Notes: generated from the sequence alone by a model not told the origin. 64,000 nucleotides of DNA from Octopus vulgaris (GCA_951406725.2 OX597825.1:22444001-22508000); one strand, 5' to 3'; numbered from the stretch's first letter, positions 39,782-53,976 are shown. A program made the numbers and translations.

Positions 39782-41640
39782 TAGCAGAGAGACACCCGGC
39801 GTTGCCTGTGTCACATGGGATTGAAAAATTAGACATTTCTTTTATATTTCCTCTAATGAAATGGAGTACATATGTGCCTCCAAACTTGGAAATTAAGAAT
39901 TTTAATGGGTTTTTTTCCCTCTTTACACACCCTGACAAAAATTCTAATCATGATACATTTATCACATACAACCCATCTTTATACCCAGTTTCCAAATTCC
40001 AAATGTTATAAAACCTATTCAAATGTTTTTGCTCCTGAAAAATGGAGCGCATAGGAAACATGGAGATCTTATTAAGTTAAGGCTTCTGTAAGGGGTCTCT
40101 TAAAGTCAACCAGAGAAATTGGATTGTTGGGAATATTTTCAGCTTGTGTTTTATATTTGTTGTGCAAATTTCTGTGAAATTGGAAATGCATGAATTTTTA
40201 CTTGGTTTGTAAAAGAGAGCAAAGCTGTAGGAAACCAAAAGACGAATGACACAATAAGCAGTCAGCTACCCTACCCTAGGCGTTACCACTCGGCAGTGGA
40301 GTAGTCTTCACCATACAGGTGACCGCCAGAGCTGTAAGATGCATTACGGTTCTATAGCAATTGGAAGGGTGTGGTCCAACTCAATTGAACATTAACAACT
40401 GTGTGATATGAGGGCTAAGGGGAAATGAAAATGTCACCTATAGGTAATTTAACAGAATATAATTGCAATCTATAAATCTCTTTGAATGACCAATCATTTA
40501 TCTGGAAAGGCTTTGGAATGATAGCATCTGGGGACTATCTCTGATCCAGTGATAATAAAAAGACTCAAAGGAGGTCTGCAACAAAATAACTTTACTCAAA
40601 ATAACACTTTGCAACTGAATCAGTGAAGGAAAAGATGCCGCACGTTCACTTGGCAATTTATGCACAACATTACAGAAATCATAATCTAAGTACATCTCAA
40701 ATCAAACACCGTTGTACCACTGAATTACAAATAACGCTTATCTTGTATTCTTGGGTGACCCTAAAGCTTCCAAGACTACAGTTGTATTCGTCTTGGCTTA
40801 GGAAAAAATGACTAGATTGTGGGGGTTAAGCTCCTATTAAGGGGTTTTACTAACCGCCTAAGAAGTTGATATTTTAGTAATATTACTTCATTTGTATCTA
40901 ATGTCTATGGTTAAAATGTCATAAAAAGAAAAATATATGAATTTTTATGGGGTTTATGGCCTCATTTATGCCCCTCACTTTCAAACTTATACTGCATTAC
41001 ATCTGCCCTTATGCATAGTATATGATTTCTGAAGTTCATAAAGATCCTTTCAGTAATTTTGGCATTCTTTTGGATCATAAAAATGACTAAAATTTGGGAG
41101 TTAATGTCCTTAGAATCCTCATGAGAAGCGGAAACTTTGAGAATACTTCTTGATTTTTGTCAATTATCTATTTGAAATTTCATCAATATCGGAAATTTAT
41201 GAATTTTTGTGGAGGTTCTGCCCCCTTCTGCCCCCTCAAATTCAAATCTTACACACTGCATTAGACCCGCCCTTATGCATTGAATCTACGTTTCAAATAT
41301 CATAAGGATCCATGCAGTAATTTTGGTCCATGAAAACTGACTAAAGTTGGGGGCTTAGCACTTATTAGGGTGTCTTAGAATCATCAAAAAAGAAACGGAA
41401 ATTTGGGATATATGTTTAAATTTATTTCTAAAACCTATGGTTCAAATTTCATCAAAATACTAAGCATATGAATTTTTACGGGGGCATCTGCCCCCTTTTA
41501 TGCCCATTCAGAGTTGTATGAAACGTACGGCATTACCCGTATCCCTAGGCTTGTATGTTGTGTTCCAAATTTCAATAGGTTCTGTCTAGTAGTTTTTGAG
41601 TCTATAAGCAACACATGAACACACGAACACAGATATTGAC

Positions 41641-41650
<10 letters not shown>
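39781..41650 (-). mobile_element. Non-autonomous Helitron (~1.9 kb) with internal ~260-bp tandem units, inserted in (TA)n
   Basis: 3' CTAG at 39781-39784 with cccggcgttgcc hairpin remnant. 5' end tatatatgaagtcaatatctg. Repeated block (t)gactaaa.ttgggg..atgaattttt..gcccc at ~40810, 41085 and 41340. Confidence 0.7.
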
Positions 41651-41709
<59 letters not shown>

Positions 41710-42480
41710 GTGTGTGTGTATACATATATCTATACATACTCACACTCACAGTCACATACACACACACACACATATGTATATGTATATAAACATTTTGATC
41801 ACAGCTTATCTGTATACTAAAATGGAAGTGGCTGATACATCTAGAACGGAGCAGTAAATTTGGAAAACTATTTCTTTCATTGAAATTTGATCCCCAAAAT
41901 CGAAGTCAATATTAAATCATGTAACTGAATTTGTGCAACTATAAATATAGCAATAGAGTCGAATAAACATTGTGCAATAATATTAAATATGAAATGCAGA
42001 CCGAATGTATCTAAAATAAATAGGAGCTTGTGTGTTGTAAAATATACATATTTTATCACCTTAAGAATAATTATTGGCCCTGGGTTACAGATGTATATAG
42101 ATGTATTGTCATAGGAATTTCCTTCCCCGGTAGAAATTAAATTGGAGGTGTTTGCAATATACCGGTTTATATACAATCATAGATGATGTAAATCAGAGAA
42201 AGGTATTATCGTAAATAAATACCGAATCTAAAATTTGAAACAAATCTCTCAGATGGTAAACTGTTGACGAAAAAAATTTCGAAGGCTTTAGAGTTAAAAC
42301 CTGAAATTCTGTAATGTTTGCGATATAAATGGAAATAACCATTAAAAAAATGAGAAATCCTGTTCAAGAAAAAATTGAGACTACTCAATAGATTTCTGTA
42401 AATGTAGAGGGATCTGATAACGTAAAATGATGAAGTAAAAATCGTACAAAAGTGGTTTTTTTACAAATATTACATATCAG

Positions 42481-42650
42481 GTCTTACAGCTGTTTCGAGG
42501 ATACTTATTATACTCTTGATCGGAGATGGTGTGAAAAAGTGGTTGAGTAACAGTTAGTTAATTTAGATATTAACTAACTATTGCTTAACCATTTTCTCAC
42601 ACCGTCTCCGATGAAGGGATATAATAAATATCGTGGAAGCTGCTGTAAGA
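42481..42650. ncRNA. Palindrome of two damaged type I hammerhead motifs (Penelope-like)
   Basis: Arms 42481-42562 / 42569-42650. Consensus gtct-CCGATGA-a-gggatat aataa atatcctc-GAAA-cagctg-TA-agac. Confidence 0.65.
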
Positions 42651-42861
42651 TATTGTATTTATAAATATTCACAGCCTCCGTATTTTATCTCATTTGAAAA
42701 AAAAAAATTATATATGAACTACGCTGATATATGACCTAGGTTGGACTCCTTATTCGCATAATTACCGAACCTGGAACTTAACTATGTGCTATCCATAGCA
42801 CTTACTCAGCATTACCTGGTACCTTTGGGTCTTACTGACACCATTACCTCTCATAACCTTT

Positions 42862-42919
<58 letters not shown>

Positions 42920-42921
<2 letters not shown>

Positions 42922-43085
42922 TTACAGTTATAGGGTGAAAGATAATTAATTTAATAAAATCAACAACTTTCACCTAGTAGTATTTCGGTATAGAAAAGGA
43001 CCATATTCGGTAAAAACTTATACAAACATTTTTTTGTAGTCCTTTGGCTGCTATTTCTAAAATTTTCGGTATGTGGTCAAGCAAT
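42920..43085 (-). mobile_element. (TA)n-embedded repeat family P2
   Basis: ~115-bp core nearly identical to 47533-47645 (atagggtgaaagataattaatttaataaaatc..tttcacctagtagtatttcggtat..ggacc). Confidence 0.7.
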
Positions 43086-43107
43086 ATATATATATATATA
43101 TTTATAA

Positions 43108-43185
<78 letters not shown>

Positions 43186-43523
43186 ATGTATGTATGTATA
43201 TGTATGTGTATATGTATCCATGCATCTATCATTTTACGTGTGTGACCGCATGTGTGAGTGTATATGTCTATGTGTAAGGAGGAGAGATGAGAAGGAAATT
43301 ATTGTCATTTAAACCTCGTTCCTTTAGAGTGTAAACATAGTTGAGCGCCTCAATAATACCTTACAGCTTCAGCGGAGTCTCGAACATAAAGTGCAATCCG
43401 TTTAGGAAAGATTTACTTTTGTGCATATACAGAGAACGGCATCAACAAAATTTGTGCGCGCGTGTGTGTATGTGTGTGTATGTGTATGTGTATGTGTGTG
43501 TGTGTGAGTGTGTGTGTGAATAT

Positions 43524-43925
43524 ATACTCTTTTACTTGTTTCAGTCATTTGACTGCGGCCATGCTGGAGCACCGCCTTTAATCGAGCAACTCGACCCCGG
43601 GACTTATTCTTTTGTAAGCCCAGTACTTATTCTATCAGTCTCTTTTGCCGAACCGCTAATTAACGGGGACATAAACACACCAGCATCGGTTGTCAAGTAA
43701 TGCTAGGGGGACAAACACAGTCACACACATACACACACGCATATATATATATACATATATACGACGGGCTTCTTTCAGTTTCCGTCTACCAAATCTACTC
43801 ACAAGGCTTTGGTCGGCCCGAGGCTATAGTAGAAGACACTTGCCCAAGATGCCACGCAGTGGGATTGAACCCGGAACTATGTGGCTGGTAAACAAGCTAC
43901 TTACCACACAGCCACTCCTGCGCCT
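43524..43925 (-). mobile_element. Family K tRNA-derived CORE-like SINE, full length
   Basis: Minus strand aggcgcaggagtggctgtgtggtaag..gggttcaatccc..cttgggcaagtgtctt (CORE-like), ending gaaacaagtaaaagagta. Confidence 0.9.
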
Positions 43926-44433
43926 ATATATGAATATTACAATTATAATCCTTTGCATAATTGTATATAAATACACAAAACATTATATCCACTTCCACGC
44001 ACAAACATATACAATTATATGTACATACAAAAAAAACACACTGTAACAAACATATTTTTGGACGAATGTCGATTTATTATAGAAAAATGAAAGCATATGA
44101 GGGCGTCTAAATTATTCTGTTCAATTTTAATAATAAAAAAAATTCCGATATAGCTGCTTAGTTAAACAATTAAACGATCGTTAAAACTGAATTAAATAAT
44201 GGTTATTGACATTGTGATGACTAAACTTAAAATAGGCTTCACACGATCATTAAATTTTATCGTATTTATATTATATTGAAAGTGTTCATTGTATGTAAAA
44301 AAGAATTTAATGAAGGTAATTAATATTTAATAGGCAATGATTATCGCAAAACATATTTTCTTGAGCTATACAGAAAAGGCATACAGAAAAACACATGAAT
44401 ATATGTGTGTGCATATGTATGTATATATATGTA

Positions 44434-44496
<63 letters not shown>

Positions 44497-44628
44497 ACAT
44501 ATATACATATATACATCATATATATATGTATATATATATATATATATAAATTATGTTTGCTTCCATCTATCTATCAGTCTGTCTATCTTTCTCTAAATAA
44601 ATATGTATATACTCGTATATACATACAT

Positions 44629-44668
<40 letters not shown>

Positions 44669-44685
44669 CTGTGTGTATGTATATA

Positions 44686-44757
<72 letters not shown>

Positions 44758-44866
44758 CGTGCGTGTATGTGTGTGTTTGTAGGTGTGCGCACATGTATTA
44801 TAAATGTATGTATATCTATCTATCTTTCTGTCTGTCTATCTATCTATTTCTCTCTCTCTCACTCTT

Positions 44867-44902
<36 letters not shown>

Positions 44903-45194
44903 CAAACAGAGAGAGGGGGAGAGAGTCAGTGAAAGATATGAATGGATACACATGCATGCACATATCTATCCCTAAAAACACGTGGATATAGTTTGCCGAG
45001 TAAAAATAAGACAAATAGATCTCACAGCATGAATATATACATATAAATTGACTGACATTATAAATCTTGATAAGTACCAGGTAAGAAACTCTTGATCTTC
45101 GGGTCATTTTCTAAATTTTTGTCTACAGTGCCCCTTGCCAAGTGATGTTTTTGCACCACAGATTATTCCACGCACCGCATCTGGTTCTTCTGCA

Positions 45195-45263
<69 letters not shown>

Positions 45264-45265
<2 letters not shown>

Positions 45266-45682
45266 TAAAATTAATCAAAGGGCATACTAGGTATGACCAC
45301 CTGCTTGAAATAACAGTCAAAACTCTTATTAAATCGCCAAAAATACACCGATGAATACTACAGAAATCAAACGAAGGTAAAATCAGGTTAAGGCAATCTA
45401 CTAACATACATTTAAGTATTTGGACTCACGTGGATCGATTTCTGCATTGGTAAAATAGAACCTTAGCTTCTTCAGCACGTGTTACCATGAATTAAGGTTT
45501 TATTTTACCAATGCAGAAATCGATCCACGTGAGTCCAAATACTTAAATGTATGTTAGTAGATTGCCTTGACCTGATTTTGCCTTCGTTTGATTTCTGTAG
45601 TATTCATCGGTGTATTTTTGGAGTTTTGACTGTTATTTCAAGCAGGTTGACAAACCTAGTATGTCCTTTGATTAATTTTAAT
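45264..45682. repeat. Near-perfect ~420-bp palindrome (arms ~200 bp, spacer ~26 bp)
   Basis: 45264-45465 vs 45492-45682: few substitutions and one 12-bp indel (ttattaaatcgc). Confidence 0.93.
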
Positions 45683-45809
45683 CCCTCGGCTATTTAATGC
45701 TATTTTTTGGGCCTGCTATCGCCTGTGTCATTGATTCTATTATTATCATTTTTAAGATTGTTATATTGGATAATAATAGAATTAATGACACCTTAGTAAA
45801 TTAATTTTT

Positions 45810-45899
<90 letters not shown>

Positions 45900-46199
45900 T
45901 GTATGTATATGAACTTGTGTGTGTGTGAGTGTTATATAGGTCGGTATGTAAATATGCATATAAGTACCTGGGTGTTTGCATGGTTGTCTGAATACGATGG
46001 GTAGTTCAATGCTTGCTTACAATATGCTCCATTCCTTCGAAGAGAAATATGCGATGGATAGTTTGACGTCATACGCATCTCACGTTTTATATAGATGCAA
46101 CAATGCTTCTTCTATCATCAGACGTTGAGTTAATTTACATATTGACGTTTGTAGGGATTATTATAGAAAATGTAAAGTCATGAGAAGCAAATATATGTT

Positions 46200-46478
46200 G
46201 TCCTTTATTTGTTCTAGTCATGGCACTGCCTGTTTGCTGAGGCTCGACTTTCAAGGATATTAGGTGAAGAAATCGGTCGCTGTACTTATATTTTAGAGAA
46301 CTTGAAACTTATTCTATCTCTCTATATTACTGAACCATTAAGTTACGGGAATGTAAGGAAATCAAAACCGCTTTTCAAGCTGTGTGGGGACATAAACTGG
46401 TGGAAACACACATATATATATTTATGAGTTTGTCTTCCAAAATTCACAATGTGAAACTGCATGTTGAAATGGATATTT

Positions 46479-46547
<69 letters not shown>

Positions 46548-46690
46548 GGACGTCAACCAAATTCTTTCATAAAGCATTGGTCGCCTCGCCGATATAGAAG
46601 ACGCTTGCTAAATGTGCCGCTCAATTTGACTGACACCAATTCCATGGGCTGAGCAAAAGCTCTTCTTATGGCACAGTCACTCCTGTGTCT
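46200..46690 (-). mobile_element. Degenerate family K SINE
   Basis: ttattctatc..tgaaccattaagttacggg..; tatagaagacgcttgc..cacagtcactcctgtgtct. Confidence 0.6.
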
Positions 46691-47104
46691 ATATGATATT
46701 TCTAATATAAAGTAAGAATCAAAATAATGAGAAAAGGTGAAAAGGTAAAAACGGAGGAGCGAGAAAGAAGCACTGAAAAACAATAATGAAATGTTTCCAT
46801 TGTTTGGTAAATTCTTGAAAGTATATAACAATATCTAGCTTAATATATTTATCTAAATATCCTCTCTTTCAGGCTGGTGATATTTGAATTTATCCTGTTT
46901 TGTTTCTATAGAGACAAAACGAAATAGTATATGAGTCTTGAAAAATGTAACGCTTTAGGAGTTAACATTTAAGCACGCAAGCGCACACAGGCAAACTCTA
47001 ATCCATGCTCACACATACATGGATGTATTCTTGTGTATTCACCTATATATATGTGTGCATATTATATACACATATTTAAATGCAATCACGCACAAGCACG
47101 CACA

Positions 47105-47152
<48 letters not shown>

Positions 47153-47416
47153 CACTTATAAATATACCAGTACGTTTCCTTAATGTCATGTACACTTTGG
47201 TTAATTCTTCAGTCGAGCGATCATCTCACCTTCTTATGAGGATCTGCTTTTCATTGGCATTTGGTTATCATGTCATGTATTCCAGAGATCATTGTAATAA
47301 ATTGGACATTTCTGTTGTATGATATTTGTCATTTATGTATTTGCCCAAGTTGTCCGAATAAATGCTACAGGTCACTCGAGTTATTTCTCTTAAATATTTT
47401 TTTTTGTTTATATAAA

Positions 47417-47517
<101 letters not shown>

Positions 47518-47532
47518 TTATATATATATATA

Positions 47533-47690
47533 CATTACAAATATAGGGTGAAAGATAATTAATTTAATAAAATCAAAAAATTTCACCTAGTAGTATTTCG
47601 GTATGGAAAAGGACCATCTTCGGTAAAAACTTATACAGAAATTTTTAATATATAGATATAACAATAAGGGTATATGGTCAAGCAACTTGT
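47533..47690 (-). mobile_element. Family P2 repeat, second copy
   Basis: Matches 42920-43085. Confidence 0.7.
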
Positions 47691-47744
47691 TGCTAAACCC
47701 TTATTGTTATATATATACACACACACACACACACATATATATAT

Positions 47745-47985
47745 AAAATACAAAAGAGTGAAAAAACTACAGGAGGCTTGTTTTTAAAAGGTTAAAGAAT
47801 ATATCTAATACGTTATGTTAGAAAAATGTTATAAAATTTTGTGTATAGTAACATAGTTTTGGAAGAAATAACCGGTTTTGTGTAAACTTTTCAAATTTCT
47901 CAAATTTCTAACATAACGACTTAAATATATTCTTTAACCTTATAAAACAAGCCTTCTGTAGTTTTTTACTCTTTTCTATTTTTTA
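47745..47985. repeat. Foldback element with ~80-bp inverted arms
   Basis: aaaaactacaggaggcttgtttttaaaaggttaaagaatatat / atatattctttaaccttataaaacaagccttctgtagttttt. A related single arm lies at ~11565-11697. Confidence 0.8.
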
Positions 47986-48025
47986 TACATCCAACCACGT
48001 GCTTTCACACACCAACTTTCTCACC

Positions 48026-48056
<31 letters not shown>

Positions 48057-48555
48057 GCATGCATGTATGCGAGTTTGTGTGTGTGTATGTGTGTGTGTGT
48101 GTATGTGTATGTGTGTGTGAGAGAGAGCGTGCATCTGTATCTGGACTTCAAAGTCTAGAGTTATTTAAGAAAAATTCAGAGAGTGAAAATAATATATCAA
48201 AATATGTTACTTCAGTTAGATCGGCAACTCTTTGTGTTATGAGAGAAACAGCAGTTCAACATCACAACAAATTATCAAGTTAATAATAGTTATAACAATA
48301 AAGCATAAAATAATCATAACTAACTATGAGAAACAAAACAAGAATATCTCAACATGGCCAACCATAACTCAAAACGATTTGAGATATATGGAAAAATATA
48401 GAAAAGTCAGAAACAATTTAACGATTTTATTAATTCTGTGTTTGTGAAAATTCCCAGAAGAGAGTTTGGAAATGAATTTATAGAAAAAGGAACGATATTA
48501 CAACAACGATATAAAAAGTAAAATATAACCGTGTGAAAAGTATTCTACTTGTGAA

Positions 48556-48835
<280 letters not shown>

Positions 48836-49134
48836 TATAAAAGGTGCTAGGTTGCGTTATTAATATTCTAGACAACGCTATTTATGTCCCGATAGAACAG
48901 AAAAAAAATTGATATTGAAGTTTATGTGCAGTGAAATATACATAAAGAAAGGCTTGAGTTTTAAATTTCAGAAAAAAAAAACAAACAAAAGTCCATAAAT
49001 ACAGATATCAAGTAAAATAGATAATCAAATATTGATTTGTTTCTAGGCGAAGATGAAATATGGGAAATACGTGTTATACAACTTTGGGCTGTGACTCCAG
49101 TTTTGTCTGTCTGTGGGTTTCATTCCCTATCTCT

Positions 49135-49179
<45 letters not shown>

Positions 49180-49209
49180 ACCTCACTTTCACCCTCCCTC
49201 TTGTTATAG

Positions 49210-49248
<39 letters not shown>

Positions 49249-49685
49249 CACGTATAGACAACGTGTGTCTATACGTGTTTTTCGATACGTGTTTAATATA
49301 TTATGTATCATATAAGTGTGTTTGATAACATATATATGCATGTATATATGTGTGCATCTATCTACATATATATATATGTGTGTGTGTGTGTGTGTCTGTG
49401 TGTCTCTGTGTGTATATAATGGAGAAAATATACAGAAAGTATAAATAGATGATGTGTGTGCGTGTGTGCGTATGTGTGGGTGTGTGTTTGGGTGTGTGAA
49501 CATAAATATTTATACATTTCCATGCTAGAGTCAATTAATGTCGTGGAAATTAATACAACAGAGTACGAAAAGGGTTAATACAAATTCACAATCAGGAAAA
49601 TAGTAAAAAAAAACATCTACATAGGTCTGCAATAGAACTCACTGAACAAAGCATCTTTTATATTTGCTAAGTGTTAATTAAATAA

Positions 49686-49897
49686 TAAATGCGCCCTTTT
49701 CAAACCTAGCCATGCTTACGGGCCGATTTCCCTGTTTTTATGGCGTATGTGTTCCCCAGGTGCACGGGACGCCAGTCCATCGCAGCGTTACTCATTTTTG
49801 CCAGTTGAGTGGACTGGAGCAACGTGAAATGAAGTGTTTTTCTCAAGAAAACAACGCGCTCTTGATGCTGACACCCTAACCACTAAGCCACGCACCT
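49686..49897 (-). mobile_element. CORE-type SINE (core D + tail 3), head partly deleted
   Basis: Reverse complement of 53109-53357. Confidence 0.82.
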
Positions 49898-50290
49898 AAA
49901 TGCTAATTACTGGAGATAAATATAATTTTAAAGGCTCAAACTTTTTATATTCTGAACCATTAGGGATCCGTAGATCTAAAGGAAATTCAAAATACAGGCT
50001 GGCTGAAAAAAAGAAACAGAACATAAATTTAGAAAGAGAGAAAATAAAAAGGAATGGAATCAAATGAGATTATATAGAGATGTCTTCATTCTTTGGTTAG
50101 CTTATCTGTCTTGTAACAGTTTGGAAAATTACTTTTGCTGTAAAGGGAGTATGTGTCATATAATTGTCACATATTTGGCATTTATACGAAAGAATCTATA
50201 CTAAATCTGCTCTTTCCATACATACACACACACATACATACATACATACATACATATATACACACATTTTTTTATATATATATATATACA

Positions 50291-50328
<38 letters not shown>

Positions 50329-50404
50329 CATGCATATATATATATGTGTGTGTGTGTATGTGTATGTGTGTGTATGTGTGTGTATGTCTGTGTCTGTGTG
50401 TGTA

Positions 50405-50436
<32 letters not shown>

Positions 50437-50491
50437 TGTATGTACGTATACACACACACACATATATATATATATTTATGTATGTATGTAT

Positions 50492-50590
<99 letters not shown>

Positions 50591-51089
50591 CAAATACAAA
50601 AATGTGTGTGGCGGGGGGTCTCCCAATTTTTACGTATTCTCTCCCAGAGGCTAATAAGCAAATAAATAAGCAGAAATGTGTTATTAAAGAAGACAACTGT
50701 GCAAGTTATTATCTCACTGTTATAAAACACTAAGTGAAAAAAGTGATTTCCTTTGTAATTTAATTCACAGGAAATGAAGTACTGAGAATGTTAGAAATAA
50801 ATGAAACCATGTTAGAGATTCTCCTATTAACTCTTTAAATATTATGCATCCCATCTATATTTAGGCATAATTATTCCATTACATTTAAGGTAATTTCGAT
50901 CTTATTGATGAATATGTGTGAATGCTGTATCAGTGAAATTTCGCAGCATTTCGAAAGATGTAGTTTAAGTAATTAATCCCAAGACGTAATCCATGTTTCT
51001 TATCCCATGCTGCATTCCTAATAATCACTTCCATTTTTCAAATACTCATAAATGAGGACCTTCCATTTCAGTGCTTCGTAATATCTGAT

Positions 51090-51394
51090 ATTGTTGTTGA
51101 TGTTTGTTCCTTCTGAAGCTACGCCTGGCTCATAGGGCCGGCTTTCCGGTCACTTTGACGTATAGGTTCCACACCTGGACGGGACGCCGGTCCGTCGCAG
51201 GTGAGCTGCAAGATGCAGGAGGAACGAGTGAGAGAAAGTTGTGGCAAAAGGGACAGCAGAATTTCGCCGTTAATTTCTGCCGGAGCCGCGTGGAGCTTAG
51301 GTGTTTCGCTCATAAACACACACATCGCCCGGTCTGAGATTCGAACCCTCGATCCCTCGACCGCTGCTCTAACCACTAGGCCATGTGCCTCCAC
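51090..51394 (-). mobile_element. tRNA-derived SINE (core A + tail 3)
   Basis: Head gtggaggcacatggcctagtggttag, core ctaagctccacgcggctccggcag..caactttctctcactc, tail ctgcgacggaccggcgtcccgtccagg. TSD aatatctgat at 51080-51089 and 51395-51404. Confidence 0.88.
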
Positions 51395-51726
51395 AATATC
51401 TGATGTTCATAACTAATATTTGTTATTTAACTGAATTTAAATGGAGATTGTAAATCTTTTAATACGGTTTTTAATTATGATTCCTGTGTTCATATTACAC
51501 TGAAACTTTAATAGTAGCAGTTAAGTTTTAATAATATTATCTATACCTGCTCTAAAAATTAGCATTAATTATATCTTAAAACATCATAATTTACTGATAA
51601 AGGCATTTTTTCAATGAATCTACAGTGGTTTATAAATAAGAGATATATTTACATTCATGTGTCAATATTTTGAATATTCTCAATTAAAATAATGTTGCAT
51701 ATTGCATGATCAAAGTGATTCTAGTC

Positions 51727-52132
51727 AAGGCGGCGAGCTAGCAGAAACTTTAGCACACCGGGCGAAATGCGTAGCCGTATTTCGTCTGCCGATACGTTCT
51801 GAGTTCAAATTTCGCCGAGGTCGACTCAGCCTTTCATCCTTAAGGGGTCGATAAATTAAGTACCAGTAACATGTAATCGACTTCATCCGTTTGTCTGTCC
51901 TTGTTTGTTCCCCTTGTGTTTAGCCCCTTGTGGGTAGTAAAGAAACAGGTGCTTAACATTTCGTCTATCTTTACGTTCTGAGTTCAAATTCTGCCGAGAT
52001 GGATTTTGCCTTTCATCATTACGAGATCGATAAATTCTGTACCAGTTACGCACTGGGGTCGATATAATCGGCTTAATCCCTTTGCATATCCTTGTTTGTC
52101 CCCTCTATGTTTAGATTTTTATGGGCAATAAA
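51727..52132 (+). mobile_element. SINE family M, one head + two bodies
   Basis: aaggcggcgagctagcagaaac head; the second unit restarts at ~51950. Confidence 0.85.
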
Positions 52133-52228
52133 TAAATTTAAAAAAACTTTAGCACGCCCATCGAAGTGCTTTACGTTCCATCAGAAAGCAATATTTCTTT
52201 TATTATTGTGCCAAAGATCCTTTGAATA

Positions 52229-52460
52229 CAATAATCCCTCGTCTATCGCGGGTGTTACGTTCCAATACCTCATAAAGAAATAATTAAAATCTAGAAAAAT
52301 GGAAATCCCTATTGACTGCAGAAACCCAGATATACTGAGTCTGAGATATAAATTTACATATATGAGGCAGAAATTTCCGCGATGTACTGAGTGCGCGATA
52401 TGTGAGTCGCGATGTACTGTGTGCTAGATACGTGAACCGTGATATAGCGAGGTATTACTG
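52229..52460. mobile_element. pogo/Tigger-like MITE
   Basis: TIR caataatccctcgtctatcgcgg / ccgtgatatagcgaggtattactg with TA flanks; internal cgcgat repeats. Confidence 0.8.
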
Positions 52461-53108
52461 TATATCAAAATGCAGTCTTTTGTACATTTACTTTTGTGTT
52501 TTCCATGATGCCTTGAAGCCTGTTAAACGTTTCACGTAACAATGTTCACAAACCTCAGTTTAACTATTTGGAATTTATCTTAATTAACCGCACTCTTCCA
52601 CACATACAAACACACTCGCAATCGGTAGTTTCCAGTATGTGATTGGCAAGTACTTTCCACTGAGCGATAAATGAATTAATTAGTTAATTAATCAAATACT
52701 AATATTCGGTAATTCCATTATAAAATTAGAAAGGATTAATTGAATATACCAAGTATTTCACAAGACTGGCCACGGTATTAACATTAGTTACATATGACAT
52801 GCGGTAAATAGATGAAATAAAATGATAAGTATGAAAGATAGCTATTCAATCTAAGCCACAGTCGCAAGGCATTATATTTATTATTATAGAATGACGAACG
52901 CTACATCTAGCTTTTGTATGAGCTTTTTTTTTTTCCTACGGCGTAATCCACGACTATTGAATAAAACGCCCTGCTGCTGAAACAAGCAAAGCATAGTTTG
53001 AGTGGATTTCGTCCATTCTCGTATCTTCTTTGGAAGTATACATATTTATGTATGACTATCGATCTATCTGTCGAAATGTGTGCATATATATATATGTGTG
53101 TGTGTGTG

Positions 53109-53357
53109 TGGTGGCACGTGGCTTAGTGGTTAGGGTGTCAGTACCATGATCGTAAGACTGGTTTCGATTCCTGGACCGGGCGACGCGTTGTGTTCATCAG
53201 CAAAACACTTCATTTCACGTTGCTCCAGTTTACTCAGCAGGCAAAAATGAGTAAAGCTGCGATGGACTGGCGTCCCGTCCAGTTGGGGAACACATACGCC
53301 ATAGAAACCTGGAAACCGAGCCCACGAGCCTTACTAGGCTTTAAAAGGGCGCATTTA
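53109..53357 (+). mobile_element. CORE-type SINE (core D + tail 3)
   Basis: A box tggcttagtgg, B box ggtttcgattcc, core aacacttcatttcacgttgctccag..aaaatgagta, tail ctgcgatggactggcgtcccgtccag. Confidence 0.85.
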
Positions 53358-53403
53358 TATATATATATATTTGTGTATACTTCAATACAGCAATATATAT
53401 ATA

Positions 53404-53454
<51 letters not shown>

Positions 53455-53544
53455 TTGTATATATATGTACATATATATATATTGCTCTATTGAAGTATAC
53501 ACAAAAATAATGAGACTTCAATATATCAAATATAAAGGATAGTT

Positions 53545-53765
53545 GAATTATTACAATTAGAGTATGTACTGTAAATTGTAATAAAATTGTACTCCGAGTT
53601 TCAGATAATGTTAGCGTTGAGATTTACCTTTAAAATCTGCTTTTTAAAATCTACAATTTTGTTGTATACCTAGGCTGATGATGGCAATCCACCTTTATGT
53701 GTTATCTGAAACTCGGGGTACCATTTGTTTACAAGAATTTATTGTATATCCTATTATTGTAATAA

Positions 53766-53770
<5 letters not shown>
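53545..53770. repeat. Degenerate palindrome with hammerhead remnant
   Basis: aaattgtactccgagtttcagataa / ttatctgaaactcggggtaccattt arms; CTGATGA..GAAActcggggTA at ~53675-53720. Confidence 0.55.
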
Positions 53771-53826
<56 letters not shown>

Positions 53827-53829
<3 letters not shown>

Positions 53830-53839
53830 TGTAAATTGT

Positions 53840-53872
<33 letters not shown>

Positions 53873-53925
53873 ACTGTAAATTGTAATAATATTTATATAT
53901 ATATATATATATTACTGTAAATTGT

Positions 53926-53956
<31 letters not shown>

Positions 53957-53975
53957 ACTGTAAATTGTAATAATA
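53827..53975. repeat. Four units of actgtaaattgtaataa separated by (TA)n
   Basis: The same 17-mer occurs at ~53568. Confidence 0.9.
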
Positions 53976-53976
53976 G

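Noticed and set aside
53827-53975. CRISPR-like repeat/spacer pattern (the family M tandems were also considered)
   Set aside because: The spacers are TA microsatellite or absent, there are no cas genes, and the context is eukaryotic
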